From a virus (taxonomy: Duplodnaviria > Heunggongvirae > Uroviricota > Caudoviricetes), in IMG/VR virus record IMGVR_UViG_647533160_000004, positions 1 through 22,369 of that record: a DNA stretch of 22,369 nt; one strand, given 5' to 3'. Position numbers and translations under genes: made by a program. Positions 8,455 to 16,871 of the stretch are shown in pieces (within the stretch, counting starts at the first letter, position 1; each line of letters starts with the position of its first letter). The notes under the pieces were generated by a model. It was given only the letters and a program-made list of their open reading frames with translations, had not been told where the DNA came from and did not search any database.

Positions 8455-9384
8455 ATGGCAAACACTGCTGAGATATTCAATTTTCCAGTGCCGGATGTGG
8501 CACAAAAGGAGCCGCGCGTGGCAGATCTCGATGATGGTTATACGCGCATTGCAAATGAGTTGCTGGAAGCTGTGATGCTGGCCGGATTAACACAGCACCA
8601 GCTTCTGGTCTTCCTGGCTGTCATGCGCAAAACATATGGCTTTAATAAAAAACTGGATTGGGTGAGCAACGAGCAACTTTCCGAGTTGACCGGGATATTG
8701 CCGCACAAGTGTTCTGCTGCAAAAAGCGTTCTGGTAAAGCGTGGGATTCTTATTCAGAGCGGGCGAAATATCGGCATTAATAATGTGGTCAGTGAATGGT
8801 CAACATTACCCGAATCAGGTAAGAAAAATAAAGTTTACCTGAAAGAGGTAAATTTACCTGAATCAGGTAAGAAAAGTTTACCCAAATCAGGTAAAGGCGT
8901 TTACCCGAATCAGGTAAACACAAAAGACAAACTAACAAAAGACAATATAAAACCTTTTTCGTCCGAGAATTCTGGCGAATCCTCTGACCAACCAGAAAAC
9001 GATCTTCCTGTGGTGAAACCGGATGCTGCAATTCAGAGCGGCAGCAGGTGGGGGACAGCAGAAGACCTGACCGCCGCAGAGTGGATGTTTGACATGGTGA
9101 AGACCATCGCGCCATCAGCCAGAAAACCGAATTTTGCAGGGTGGGCTAACGATATCCGCCTGATGCGTGAACGTGACGGACGTAACCACCGCGACATGTG
9201 CGTGCTGTTCCGCTGGGCATGCCAGGACAACTTCTGGTCCGGTAACGTGCTAAGTCCGGCCAAACTTCGCGACAAGTGGACCCAACTCGAAATCAACCGT
9301 AACAAGCAACAGGCTGGCGTGACAGCCGGAAAATCAAAACTCGACCTGACAAACACTGACTGGATTTATGGGGTGGATTTGTGA
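8455..9384 (+). CDS. O: Replication initiator O-like protein with embedded ori iterons (309 aa from ATG at 8455; track ORF begins at 8365)
   Basis: GGAGG 4 nt upstream of ATG 8455; the iteron array followed by an AT-rich tract lies inside the coding region as in lambda O; immediately followed by P. The coding sequence across the iterons is a repeated ...LPESGKK... segment. Confidence 0.85.
   Translation: MANTAEIFNFPVPDVAQKEPRVADLDDGYTRIANELLEAVMLAGLTQHQLLVFLAVMRKTYGFNKKLDWVSNEQLSELTGILPHKCSAAKSVLVKRGILIQSGRNIGINNVVSEWSTLPESGKKNKVYLKEVNLPESGKKSLPKSGKGVYPNQVNTKDKLTKDNIKPFSSENSGESSDQPENDLPVVKPDAAIQSGSRWGTAEDLTAAEWMFDMVKTIAPSARKPNFAGWANDIRLMRERDGRNHRDMCVLFRWACQDNFWSGNVLSPAKLRDKWTQLEINRNKQQAGVTAGKSKLDLTNTDWIYGVDL
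8806..8917. repeat. Origin of replication iterons: five copies of an about 17-bp palindromic TTACCYGAATCAGGTAA unit
   Basis: Copies at 8806..8822, 8835..8851 (degenerate), 8854..8870, 8878..8894 and 8901..8917, followed by the AT-rich stretch acacaaaagacaaactaacaaaagacaatataaaacc. Confidence 0.85.
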
Positions 9385-10082
9385 AAAACATCGCCGCACA
9401 GATGGTTAACTTTGACCGTGAGCAGATGCGTCGGATCGCCAACAACATGCCGGAACAGTACGACGAAAAGCCGCAGGTACAGCAGGTAGCGCAGATCATC
9501 AACGGTGTGTTCAGCCAGTTACTGGCAACTTTCCCGGCGAGCCTGGCTAACCGGGACCAGAACGAACTGAACGAAATCCGCCGCCAGTGGGTGCTGGCTT
9601 TCCGGGAAAATGGGATCACCACAATGGAACAGGTTAACGCAGGAATGCGCGTAGCCCGTCGGCAGAATCGACCATTCCTGCCATCTCCCGGGCAGTTTGT
9701 TGCCTGGTGCCGGGAAGAAACATCCGTTACCGCCGGGCTGCCAAACGCCAGCGAGCTGGTTGATATGGTTTACGAGTATTGCCGGAAGCGTGGCCTGTAT
9801 CCGGACGCAGAGTCTTATCCATGGAAATCAAACGCGCACTACTGGTTGGTTACCAACCTGTACCAGAACATGCGGGCCAATGCGTTGACTGACGCGGAAT
9901 TACGGCGCAAGGCTGCCGATGAACTGGCCTGTATGACCGCGCGAATTAACCGTGGTGAGGCTATACCTGAACCAGTAAAACAACTTCCTGTCATGGGCGG
10001 TAGACCTCTAAATCGTGCACAGGCTCTGGCGAAGATCGCAGAAATCAAAGCTAAGTTCGGACTGAAAGGAGCAACTGTATGA
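9381..10082 (+). CDS. P: Replication protein P (DnaB helicase loader), 233 aa
   Basis: Translation MKNIAAQMVNFDREQMRRIANNMPEQYDEKPQVQQVAQIINGVFSQLLATFPASLANRDQNE... is near-identical to lambda P as I recall it; GTG start overlapping the O stop. Confidence 0.95.
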   Translation: MKNIAAQMVNFDREQMRRIANNMPEQYDEKPQVQQVAQIINGVFSQLLATFPASLANRDQNELNEIRRQWVLAFRENGITTMEQVNAGMRVARRQNRPFLPSPGQFVAWCREETSVTAGLPNASELVDMVYEYCRKRGLYPDAESYPWKSNAHYWLVTNLYQNMRANALTDAELRRKAADELACMTARINRGEAIPEPVKQLPVMGGRPLNRAQALAKIAEIKAKFGLKGATV

Positions 10083-10366
10083 CGGGCAAAGAGGCAATTA
10101 TTCATTACCTGGGGATGCATAAGAGCTTCTGTGCGCAGGACGTTGCTGCGGTAACAGGCGCAACAGTAACCAGCATAAATCAGACTGCGGCTAAAATGGC
10201 GCGGGCAGGAATCTTAGTCATTGATGGTAAGGTCTGGCGAACGGTGTATTACCGGTTCACTACCAGAGAAGAACGGGAAGGAAAGGTGAGCACGAATCTG
10301 ATTTTCAAGGAGTGTCGCCAGAGTGCCGCGATGAAGCGGGTGTTGGCTTTATATGGAAGAGAGTAG
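10079..10366 (+). CDS. ren: Ren protein (95 aa)
   Basis: Translation MTGKEAIIHYLGMHKSFCAQDVAAVTGATVTSINQTAAKMARAG... closely matches lambda Ren as I recall it; overlaps the P stop by 4 nt. Confidence 0.9.
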   Translation: MTGKEAIIHYLGMHKSFCAQDVAAVTGATVTSINQTAAKMARAGILVIDGKVWRTVYYRFTTREEREGKVSTNLIFKECRQSAAMKRVLALYGRE

Positions 10367-10430
10367 GTATGAGCAATTATTGTTACTAATTTTAGTTTTA
10401 CGACATTCGTGATAACTAAATAATTGATGT

Positions 10431-10697
10431 GTGGAACTGAATTATAAAGGGGATGATGTTTTGGGAAATAAAGAAAATATCGATTGTCAGCATACAAGAA
10501 GCTCATGCTATAAAAATAAGCAGATTAGGGTAAGTATGAAAGATGTTATTTATATTACATTGCCTAAACTCACTGAAGAAGAAGTAGAGATTTTTAAGGG
10601 ACCAATGCATAAAGCATTGCTTGTAGGGATAAATGTTACAAAAAAGGCAGTTTCTGATGCCCTGCTAAACAAAGGGATAAAAGTTGAATTTAAATAG
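10431..10697 (+). CDS. Small hypothetical protein in AT-rich cargo (88 aa from GTG; alternative ATG at 10536 gives 53 aa)
   Basis: ORF convergent with the 472-aa gene, in an AT-rich segment after ren; no recognisable motif. Coding status is uncertain. Confidence 0.3.
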   Translation: MELNYKGDDVLGNKENIDCQHTRSSCYKNKQIRVSMKDVIYITLPKLTEEEVEIFKGPMHKALLVGINVTKKAVSDALLNKGIKVEFK

Positions 10698-10713
10698 AGT
10701 AATTCAGTGGCAA

Positions 10714-10741
10714 CAATAGCACTCATTTGTGAGTGCTATTG
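10714..10741. terminator. Perfect 12-bp stem hairpin between convergent genes (putative bidirectional terminator)
   Basis: CAATAGCACTCA-tttg-TGAGTGCTATTG lies between the stop at 10695..10697 (+) and the stop at 10749..10751 (-). Flanking T-tracts are weak. Confidence 0.45.
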
Positions 10742-10748
10742 AAATTTA

Positions 10749-12167
10749 TTAGAAAATAATGTTTGCTATATCCGAGATAGCATTTAAAGAACCTCTGTGG
10801 TCACTTCCTGTTTTAGGTAAAATATAGGAATATCGAGGGTCTTCATTATATGTTAACTTCCAGTGTTTTCCATCGCTTGACGCACTAAAACCTAAGTCCT
10901 TTAAACTTCTTTGTGTTGCGCTATCCATGCTTCTGTACCCTGTTAAAGTCCTTTTAAGTAATTGGCGGCGACTCTCGGTTTCTTTATTGTATTTATTATT
11001 GGCAATTAGGGATGATAAGATATGATAGCTTCTACCAAATTCATTTTTGTTTTTTATGGCAGTTTTTAGTGCGTCAATAATTATATTTTTGATTTCTCCA
11101 TCAAAAAAGTCAGTCTCTTCACCTGCATTAAGCACAATGCTTCCTTGGGCTGAAGCTTGTGATTGAAGAGTGCGTACTCTGTGCTCTAAAGCGGAGATCT
11201 TATGCTTAAGATCTTCTATTTGGTCATCTTTCGCAACATTATCGGCTTCGTAAAGCGCCATCAGTTCGCGTGTGTATTCTCCTCTTTCTTTGAGTGAGTT
11301 AATAGAATCTTTCGTTTTTCTGGTTTGTATCTCACTCCATCCACTATCTGAGACAGGAGCCATTGTAGTCGTAGCTCTTACAACATCATCAAATAACTCA
11401 TCTTCAAATTCTTTTGCGGTTTTCTCACCACGGCGATAAAAACTGATATTTTGACCTCGTGGCCAATAGATACCAACAGCACCAGCATAGGCATTTTTAG
11501 CATTTGTCTCATTTTTTAGCTTAATAGAAAATAGTCTATTGCTAGGCTCAATTAATACATGTGCTAATCCGCATACCTTTCTTGCAAGGCGTTCTGGGAT
11601 GATATTGTGAGCATGTTCATTGAAAAAATACTTGGAGCTAACGTATATTATTGGTAGTCTGTTGTCAGTTTCACCATTTATAACTTTAGCTGCTATATTT
11701 AAATGTTCATCAGTATCATCTAAGGAATGAGGTTCGACTGACACCTTGAAAATATCATCAAGACCACCAGAAAATTTATCAATCAATCTCATAACAACCA
11801 ATGGTTTCTTGGGTTGTGGGGCTAGATAAGCTGCATCTTGGCTTACAACGCTAGATTCCACCTGAATCCACATGGTATCAGTTTTGAGATTTTTATTAAT
11901 TGAAATATCTGTTACCCATTTGTGTGGCTCAGATATTTTCGAATACCTAAAACAGCCTAAACTAGTATCTTTGTTTTTATAAGTTATTATATCAATTCTT
12001 TCATTTTTAGACTCTATGAAGTGCTCCTCGCTTTTATAATCACATACTAATTGTGCTGGAATAAAAGTTGTATGTGGTGAGTCGTTTACCCAAGAAAAAC
12101 ATTCATTAAAGATCTCAGCTAGAGATGTGGAATTTGAAACATAAAAACCAGTTGAGAAATATTTCAT
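10749..12167 (-). CDS. Orphan 472-aa cargo protein, predicted cytoplasmic, with a C-terminal coiled-coil-like region; function unknown
   Basis: Long uninterrupted AT-rich ORF; AAGGA Shine-Dalgarno 6 nt upstream of the ATG at 12165..12167. No Walker or obvious nuclease motifs by eye. Heptad-like charged region ...EDLKHKISALEHRVRTLQSQ... Inserted between ren and the NinB-like ORF. Confidence 0.7.
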   Translation of the reverse strand: MKYFSTGFYVSNSTSLAEIFNECFSWVNDSPHTTFIPAQLVCDYKSEEHFIESKNERIDIITYKNKDTSLGCFRYSKISEPHKWVTDISINKNLKTDTMWIQVESSVVSQDAAYLAPQPKKPLVVMRLIDKFSGGLDDIFKVSVEPHSLDDTDEHLNIAAKVINGETDNRLPIIYVSSKYFFNEHAHNIIPERLARKVCGLAHVLIEPSNRLFSIKLKNETNAKNAYAGAVGIYWPRGQNISFYRRGEKTAKEFEDELFDDVVRATTTMAPVSDSGWSEIQTRKTKDSINSLKERGEYTRELMALYEADNVAKDDQIEDLKHKISALEHRVRTLQSQASAQGSIVLNAGEETDFFDGEIKNIIIDALKTAIKNKNEFGRSYHILSSLIANNKYNKETESRRQLLKRTLTGYRSMDSATQRSLKDLGFSASSDGKHWKLTYNEDPRYSYILPKTGSDHRGSLNAISDIANIIF

Positions 12168-12184
12168 GAAATTTCCTTATTGAT

Positions 12185-12202
12185 AATGAGATTAATCTCA
12201 TT
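12185..12202. promoter_or_regulatory. Perfect 18-bp palindrome AATGAGATTAATCTCATT upstream of the 472-aa gene (candidate operator or 5' UTR hairpin)
   Basis: Perfect 9+9 inverted repeat beginning 18 nt upstream of the start codon, directly 5' of the ribosome-binding site. Confidence 0.45.
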
Positions 12203-12441
12203 GGGTATGATAATTGTTACCCTCCTTTGGATCTAGTGTTCATTTGACATAAAAACCAATTGATTCATCATAATCAACCCGCCATAATCATGTCATCGGA
12301 GCCTGAACAACTCCGGTGACTTCTGCGCTAAACGGGGACGTTTATGCGCACACACAATCCAAACTCTCTTCTCCCTCCACAGATGCAGAAATGCACCTGC
12401 GATTTTTTGCATCCAGCGTTTGGCCTCTGCGGAGGTGAATC

Positions 12442-12795
<354 letters not shown>

Positions 12796-12871
12796 AGAGG
12801 GAAAAGAAACAACTTACGTATATTCTACGTATTCTTCAGGCGCACCACGCTTACAGGTTTCCAAATCTGGT

Positions 12872-14269
12872 TTGTGGGGTTGTCATAATGGCACTGGCTG
12901 GTTGCCATTAGCTGTTGGGCAAGGAGGTACAGGTGCGACAACAGTAGAAGATGCGCGAAACAACTTAAGTCTTGGCGAAAGTAGCGCAGTTAAATTTAAA
13001 AACCTTACTTTAACCGAAGCGCTCGACGTGACATTAGGACTGCTTACAAAAACAGGACGAGACTGGAACACGCAGCATACTGATAACATTAATAAATTTA
13101 TACCAATTGCAGGCAGTACAAACGGCCCGGCAGGTTCTATGGTTCTTGGCGGCATTCATGTTCAATTTAGTAAAAATTATGCTGTGCAGTTCGGAGGCCG
13201 CAATTCCGGTTTTTGGGGAAGAACAATTGAAAATGGAACGACGCAGGAATGGAAGAAATTACTAACAGTAGACGATCTCAATTCATCTACCGATCTTGCT
13301 GTCAGGTCATTAACCACATCTAACCCGGTAAAATCTGGCGGAGGGCGAATTGATGTCCTTGGAAGCACGTCAGACTATAGCAAAATGGATTGCTTTGTAC
13401 GTGGGTTTGATAGCACCGGTAATTCTCTCGTGTGGGCGTTGGGTTCATCAGTCGGCGTAAGTAAGATGCTATCGCTAAAAAATTTCTTTAGCGGAGCTGA
13501 GATACTGTTAAATGGTAATGACGGCGCGGTTCAACTCAAAACAGGTGCTGTTAACGGGGCTACAGCGCAGACGCTCACTATCAACAAGAATGAGGTTAAC
13601 TCAACCGTTGATTTAACCCTTACAAAGCAATCAGGGACTGGTAATCGTTTTGTTTTACAGAACTCAGGTAATGCAGAACTACCGTTTTCTGTCAGGGGGT
13701 GGGGTTCCAGTACTCGACAAAACGTTTTTGAGGTTGGAACGTCTGCTGCGTATCTGTTTTATGCGCAAAAAACGTCAGCAGGCCAGTTGTTTGATGTAAA
13801 TGGCGCTATTAATTGCACAACGCTGAATCAGTCATCAGACCGCGACCTTAAAGACGATATTCTCGTTATCAGCGACGCGACGAAAGCAATCCGTAAAATG
13901 AACGGATACACCTACACGCTCAAGGAAAACGGGATGCCTTATGCTGGCGTTATTGCACAGGAAGTAATGGAGGCGATACCAGAAGCTGTGGGATCGTTTA
14001 CTCATTATGGTGAAGAGTTGCAAGGTCCGACCGTTGACGGCAACGAGCTACGCGAAGAAACTCGCTATCTTAATGTTGACTACTCCGCCGTGACGGGTTT
14101 ACTTGTTCAGGTCGCCCGTGAAACAGATGATCGCGTTACCGCGCTGGAAGAGGAAAACACAACGCTACGTCAAAATCTGGCAACAGCAGGCACCCGGATC
14201 AGCACTCTGGAAAATCAGGTAAGCGAACTGGTTGCACTTGTCCGGCAGTTAACAGGAAGCGAACATTGA
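12872..14269 (+). CDS. stf: Side tail fibre protein, C-terminal portion with a self-cleaving intramolecular chaperone domain (465 aa; N-terminus lost, TTG start in track)
   Basis: Gly/Thr/Ser/Asn-rich fibre-like sequence (...GQGGTGATTVEDARNNLSLG...). C-terminal domain from 13832 has the chaperone-of-endosialidase pattern SDRDLKDD...GYTYTLKENGMPYAGVIAQEVMEAIPEAV...YLNVDYSAVTGLLVQVARE..., recognised from memory of that family. The frame is open upstream without an ATG. Confidence 0.8.
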   Translation: MWGCHNGTGWLPLAVGQGGTGATTVEDARNNLSLGESSAVKFKNLTLTEALDVTLGLLTKTGRDWNTQHTDNINKFIPIAGSTNGPAGSMVLGGIHVQFSKNYAVQFGGRNSGFWGRTIENGTTQEWKKLLTVDDLNSSTDLAVRSLTTSNPVKSGGGRIDVLGSTSDYSKMDCFVRGFDSTGNSLVWALGSSVGVSKMLSLKNFFSGAEILLNGNDGAVQLKTGAVNGATAQTLTINKNEVNSTVDLTLTKQSGTGNRFVLQNSGNAELPFSVRGWGSSTRQNVFEVGTSAAYLFYAQKTSAGQLFDVNGAINCTTLNQSSDRDLKDDILVISDATKAIRKMNGYTYTLKENGMPYAGVIAQEVMEAIPEAVGSFTHYGEELQGPTVDGNELREETRYLNVDYSAVTGLLVQVARETDDRVTALEEENTTLRQNLATAGTRISTLENQVSELVALVRQLTGSEH

Positions 14270-14308
14270 TATCCTTCAAGCCCTGAAGGAGGCTGTTCCT
14301 GGTACGTT

Positions 14309-14440
14309 CAGACTGTTGCTGAGCTGGAGATCGCAACGGAGGAAGAGAAAGCGTTTCTGGCCGCATGGAAAACATATCGGGTATTGCTGAACCGTGTTGA
14401 TACAGTAAACCCCGTCTGGCCTCCACCTTCGAAGCGATAG
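14309..14440 (+). pseudogene. tfa: Remnant of the 3' end of a tail fibre assembly gene (tfa)
   Basis: Translation ...[40 protein letters not shown]... resembles the lambda Tfa C-terminal motif (...[30 protein letters not shown]...). No start codon or N-terminal part is present. Confidence 0.6.
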
Positions 14441-14744
14441 CCCAGCAACTCCTAAATAGCTGCGCATAATACCGCTACACCTGCCGTTTTACTGACATTT
14501 GGAATATTGCGTGAGGGCAACATATCGAGGGGCAGATATAGCTCGGTCAAATAGAAAAACAGCCCCACTATTTACCATGCAATAGCTGGTCAAAAGGAGA
14601 GCACTATTCCGCTCCGCGTAGTATTTTGTGTTTATAGTGATAACTTAGGTAATGCTTAGTCACTAAGATACTTTGCTATTGGAGAGCGATTTATAATGTG
14701 GGCGCAACAGATTTTTACTATTGCGCCACTTGCTCTTGTGAGTA

Positions 14745-15833
14745 CTATTCGCTATAAGTTAATGTTGGTTTTGAAAGTCTTTTGGATATTGTTTTTCCGA
14801 TATTAATGAATGGAGTTTCAATATATTTATAAATAAAGAATGATAAGAACAAGCTAAGAGCAATAATGAATGAAAACTTAGAGAACCCAGGTTTTTCATA
14901 AAGCGGAATGAAATCCTTAAAATTAATTAAAAATAGCATTACTATCGCATGGGATAAATACAGAGAGTAAGAGATATCACCTAGCTTACTGAGTATTTTA
15001 TTTTCCCTTAATCCGAAGTTAACTTCATAAAGTAAAACTCCCGTAATTATGGAGGCTGCCCACAATCCGAAGTTTAAAGGGCCATGACCAAATCTGAATT
15101 GATAAAAATATGAGCAAACACCAAATGAAACCAAAAGGAATGATATCGCCTTTGCGTTTTTTATATATTTAAATTTTCTGTGTATTATATACAGAAACAT
15201 CCCATAAACGAATTCTAACAGCATGGGTGATGACATTAAGTTTAGAAAGCCAATATGCCAATGACCTGTATCACCAATCGTAAACTTACTTGATAGAGAA
15301 AGGCTGTTGGAAAATTTCAACTGTATGAGAAGTAGCGGGACTATCAATGCAATAACTGATATTAATAATCTGTTTTTATGGCTCAGCGATATTGCAAGCA
15401 TAAAAATGAAATAAAAATAGACTTCAAAGGTTAATGTCCATGCTGGATAAAGCACGTTGTATCCGAAGAATGGCGCTTCTGAATAATAGTCCAGGTGAAG
15501 CAGAAACAATGAACGCAATAATTCACTTTCGGTGAAGACTGGGTTCAATAAAAAGAATAAGATTGTGCAAATGAAAAATACAGGGTAAATCCTGAAAAAA
15601 CGCCTGGTCATAAAGTTAATAGGGGAATTTGTTTCTTTTTTTTGACTCGATAACATTATTATAAATCCACTTATAATAAAAAACAGATCAACCCCAAAAC
15701 CACCACTAATAAACAATAAATCACCTAGATCTTTTTGTGCGTAAACTTCATTTAGGTATTGTTTATTGTGATATGCAACAACGAGTAATGCTGCTACACC
15801 TCGCAAATAGTGAATTGATTTTACCTTCTTCAT
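14745..15833 (-). CDS. Acyltransferase-3 family integral membrane protein (OafA/Oac-like), putative O-antigen/LPS acetyltransferase (362 aa)
   Basis: Very AT-rich, highly hydrophobic ORF with about 10 predicted transmembrane segments and N-terminal ...YLRGVAALLVVAYH...GVDLFFIISGFII... typical of acyltransferase family 3. Confidence 0.8.
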   Translation of the reverse strand: MKKVKSIHYLRGVAALLVVAYHNKQYLNEVYAQKDLGDLLFISGGFGVDLFFIISGFIIMLSSQKKETNSPINFMTRRFFRIYPVFFICTILFFLLNPVFTESELLRSLFLLHLDYYSEAPFFGYNVLYPAWTLTFEVYFYFIFMLAISLSHKNRLLISVIALIVPLLLIQLKFSNSLSLSSKFTIGDTGHWHIGFLNLMSSPMLLEFVYGMFLYIIHRKFKYIKNAKAISFLLVSFGVCSYFYQFRFGHGPLNFGLWAASIITGVLLYEVNFGLRENKILSKLGDISYSLYLSHAIVMLFLINFKDFIPLYEKPGFSKFSFIIALSLFLSFFIYKYIETPFINIGKTISKRLSKPTLTYSE

Positions 15834-16048
15834 TTTTATATAATCACTGTTCCAATTTTTTTTATTTTACAAACAATTCTATCTAGCTCATTAGTACTCA
15901 AAGTCAGATTGGTAGCAACAAAAAAACAAGATATGTGATGACATGGCGCGGGGCTCAGAACCACTCGTGTATTTTCGCCACTGGCTATGACTGGCTGCAC
16001 CTGCAAGATCTGCCATTTGTGTGCCAGTATACCCAAGCTCTGACTTTA

Positions 16049-16548
16049 TGTTTACCAGATCCTCTGGAGTGCCGGGGAGTATAATCGTTGATTAATCGAA
16101 TCTGCAACTATTTCAGAACGACCTAGGTTAAAGTGCGCTCTGCAGTCTCTTATATAAGGTGATACTTTAATTGTCTGGAAACTGGACAGGTTAGGAAGGA
16201 GCAGGAAACATCTTATTATACTTACCGAGTAGCTGCGGGTAAGGGGGGGATTTCCGTAGCCTGACAGGTAACATTGACACGTCAACATCGATGGTTTTTT
16301 TTATTTTTCCATGTGATGGAGCCCTGGTTGAAATGAAGCGTGAACTGATTGATGACTGAACAAAAGTTGGACTGGAAGATGCTCGCGCACAGGGAGGAAT
16401 TGGTGGACGTCGTCCTAAACTTACATCAGAACAATGGGCGCAGGCCGGGCGATTAATTGCATCAAAAGTCCCGCGTCAGAAGGTGGCGATCATCTATGAT
16501 ATTGGTGTATCGACTTTATATAAGAGGTTTCCAGCCAGGATTATATAA
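16049..16548 (+). pseudogene. pin: Decayed serine DNA invertase gene (Pin/Gin/Hin family) with frameshifts and in-frame stops
   Basis: Fragments in shifting frames: ...VWKLDRLGRS..., ...ALVEMKRELIDD(stop)TKVGLEDARAQGGIGGRRPKLTSEQWAQAGRLIASKVPRQKVAIIYDIGVSTLYKRFPA... The C-terminal HTH is intact; the catalytic N-terminal half is disrupted. Confidence 0.7.
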
Positions 16549-16658
16549 AACTGCAGACACGCCGTATGCAAGACGTGCTGCGGTTGGCTGATGCACTTTC
16601 GAGAGTGTATGTATTGAATAATTTCCAACCGTCATTAATTTTATTTATTTTTTGCATG

Positions 16659-16678
16659 AGAGGATTTGAACCTCCGAG
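16659..16678 (-). other. tRNA T-arm-like fragment (GGAGG-TTCAAAT-CCTCT) without acceptor stem or CCA
   Basis: Minus-strand ctcggaGGTTCAAATCCtct matches the T-stem/loop consensus. No complete cloverleaf could be built from the flanking sequence. Confidence 0.25.
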
Positions 16679-16871
16679 CCTCGACACCTTATGACAACGC
16701 GATATTCCCTTGATGACCGCTATGCGCCAAAATAACCAATTGATAAATAAGTTGATTTTAATTAGTTGGAAGCAAGTCAGGTCAAATTCAGCATGCCGCT
16801 CTCTGTATCGGGTAGTTAAATTTTTCTATAACTGATAGTAATATGTTAAAACTCACACAGATAAATTATCA

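Noticed and set aside
8806-8917. Possible CRISPR array suggested by regularly spaced repeats
   Set aside because: Repeats are about 17 bp and palindromic with 2-12 bp spacers, lie inside the O coding sequence and are followed by an AT-rich tract. This is the lambdoid ori iteron structure, not CRISPR.
8789-9622. Minus-strand ORFs 8789..9115, 9033..9356 and 9293..9622
   Set aside because: Antisense to the O and P genes; P matches lambda P almost residue for residue as I recall it.
16052-16288. Minus-strand 78-aa ORF, and ORF 15836..16036
   Set aside because: They lie antisense within or next to the decayed pin invertase sequence; the plus strand carries recognisable invertase fragments.
16640-16740. 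Complete tRNA gene
   Set aside because: Only a T-arm-like motif is present; no acceptor stem, anticodon arm or CCA could be assembled, so it is reported only as a fragment.
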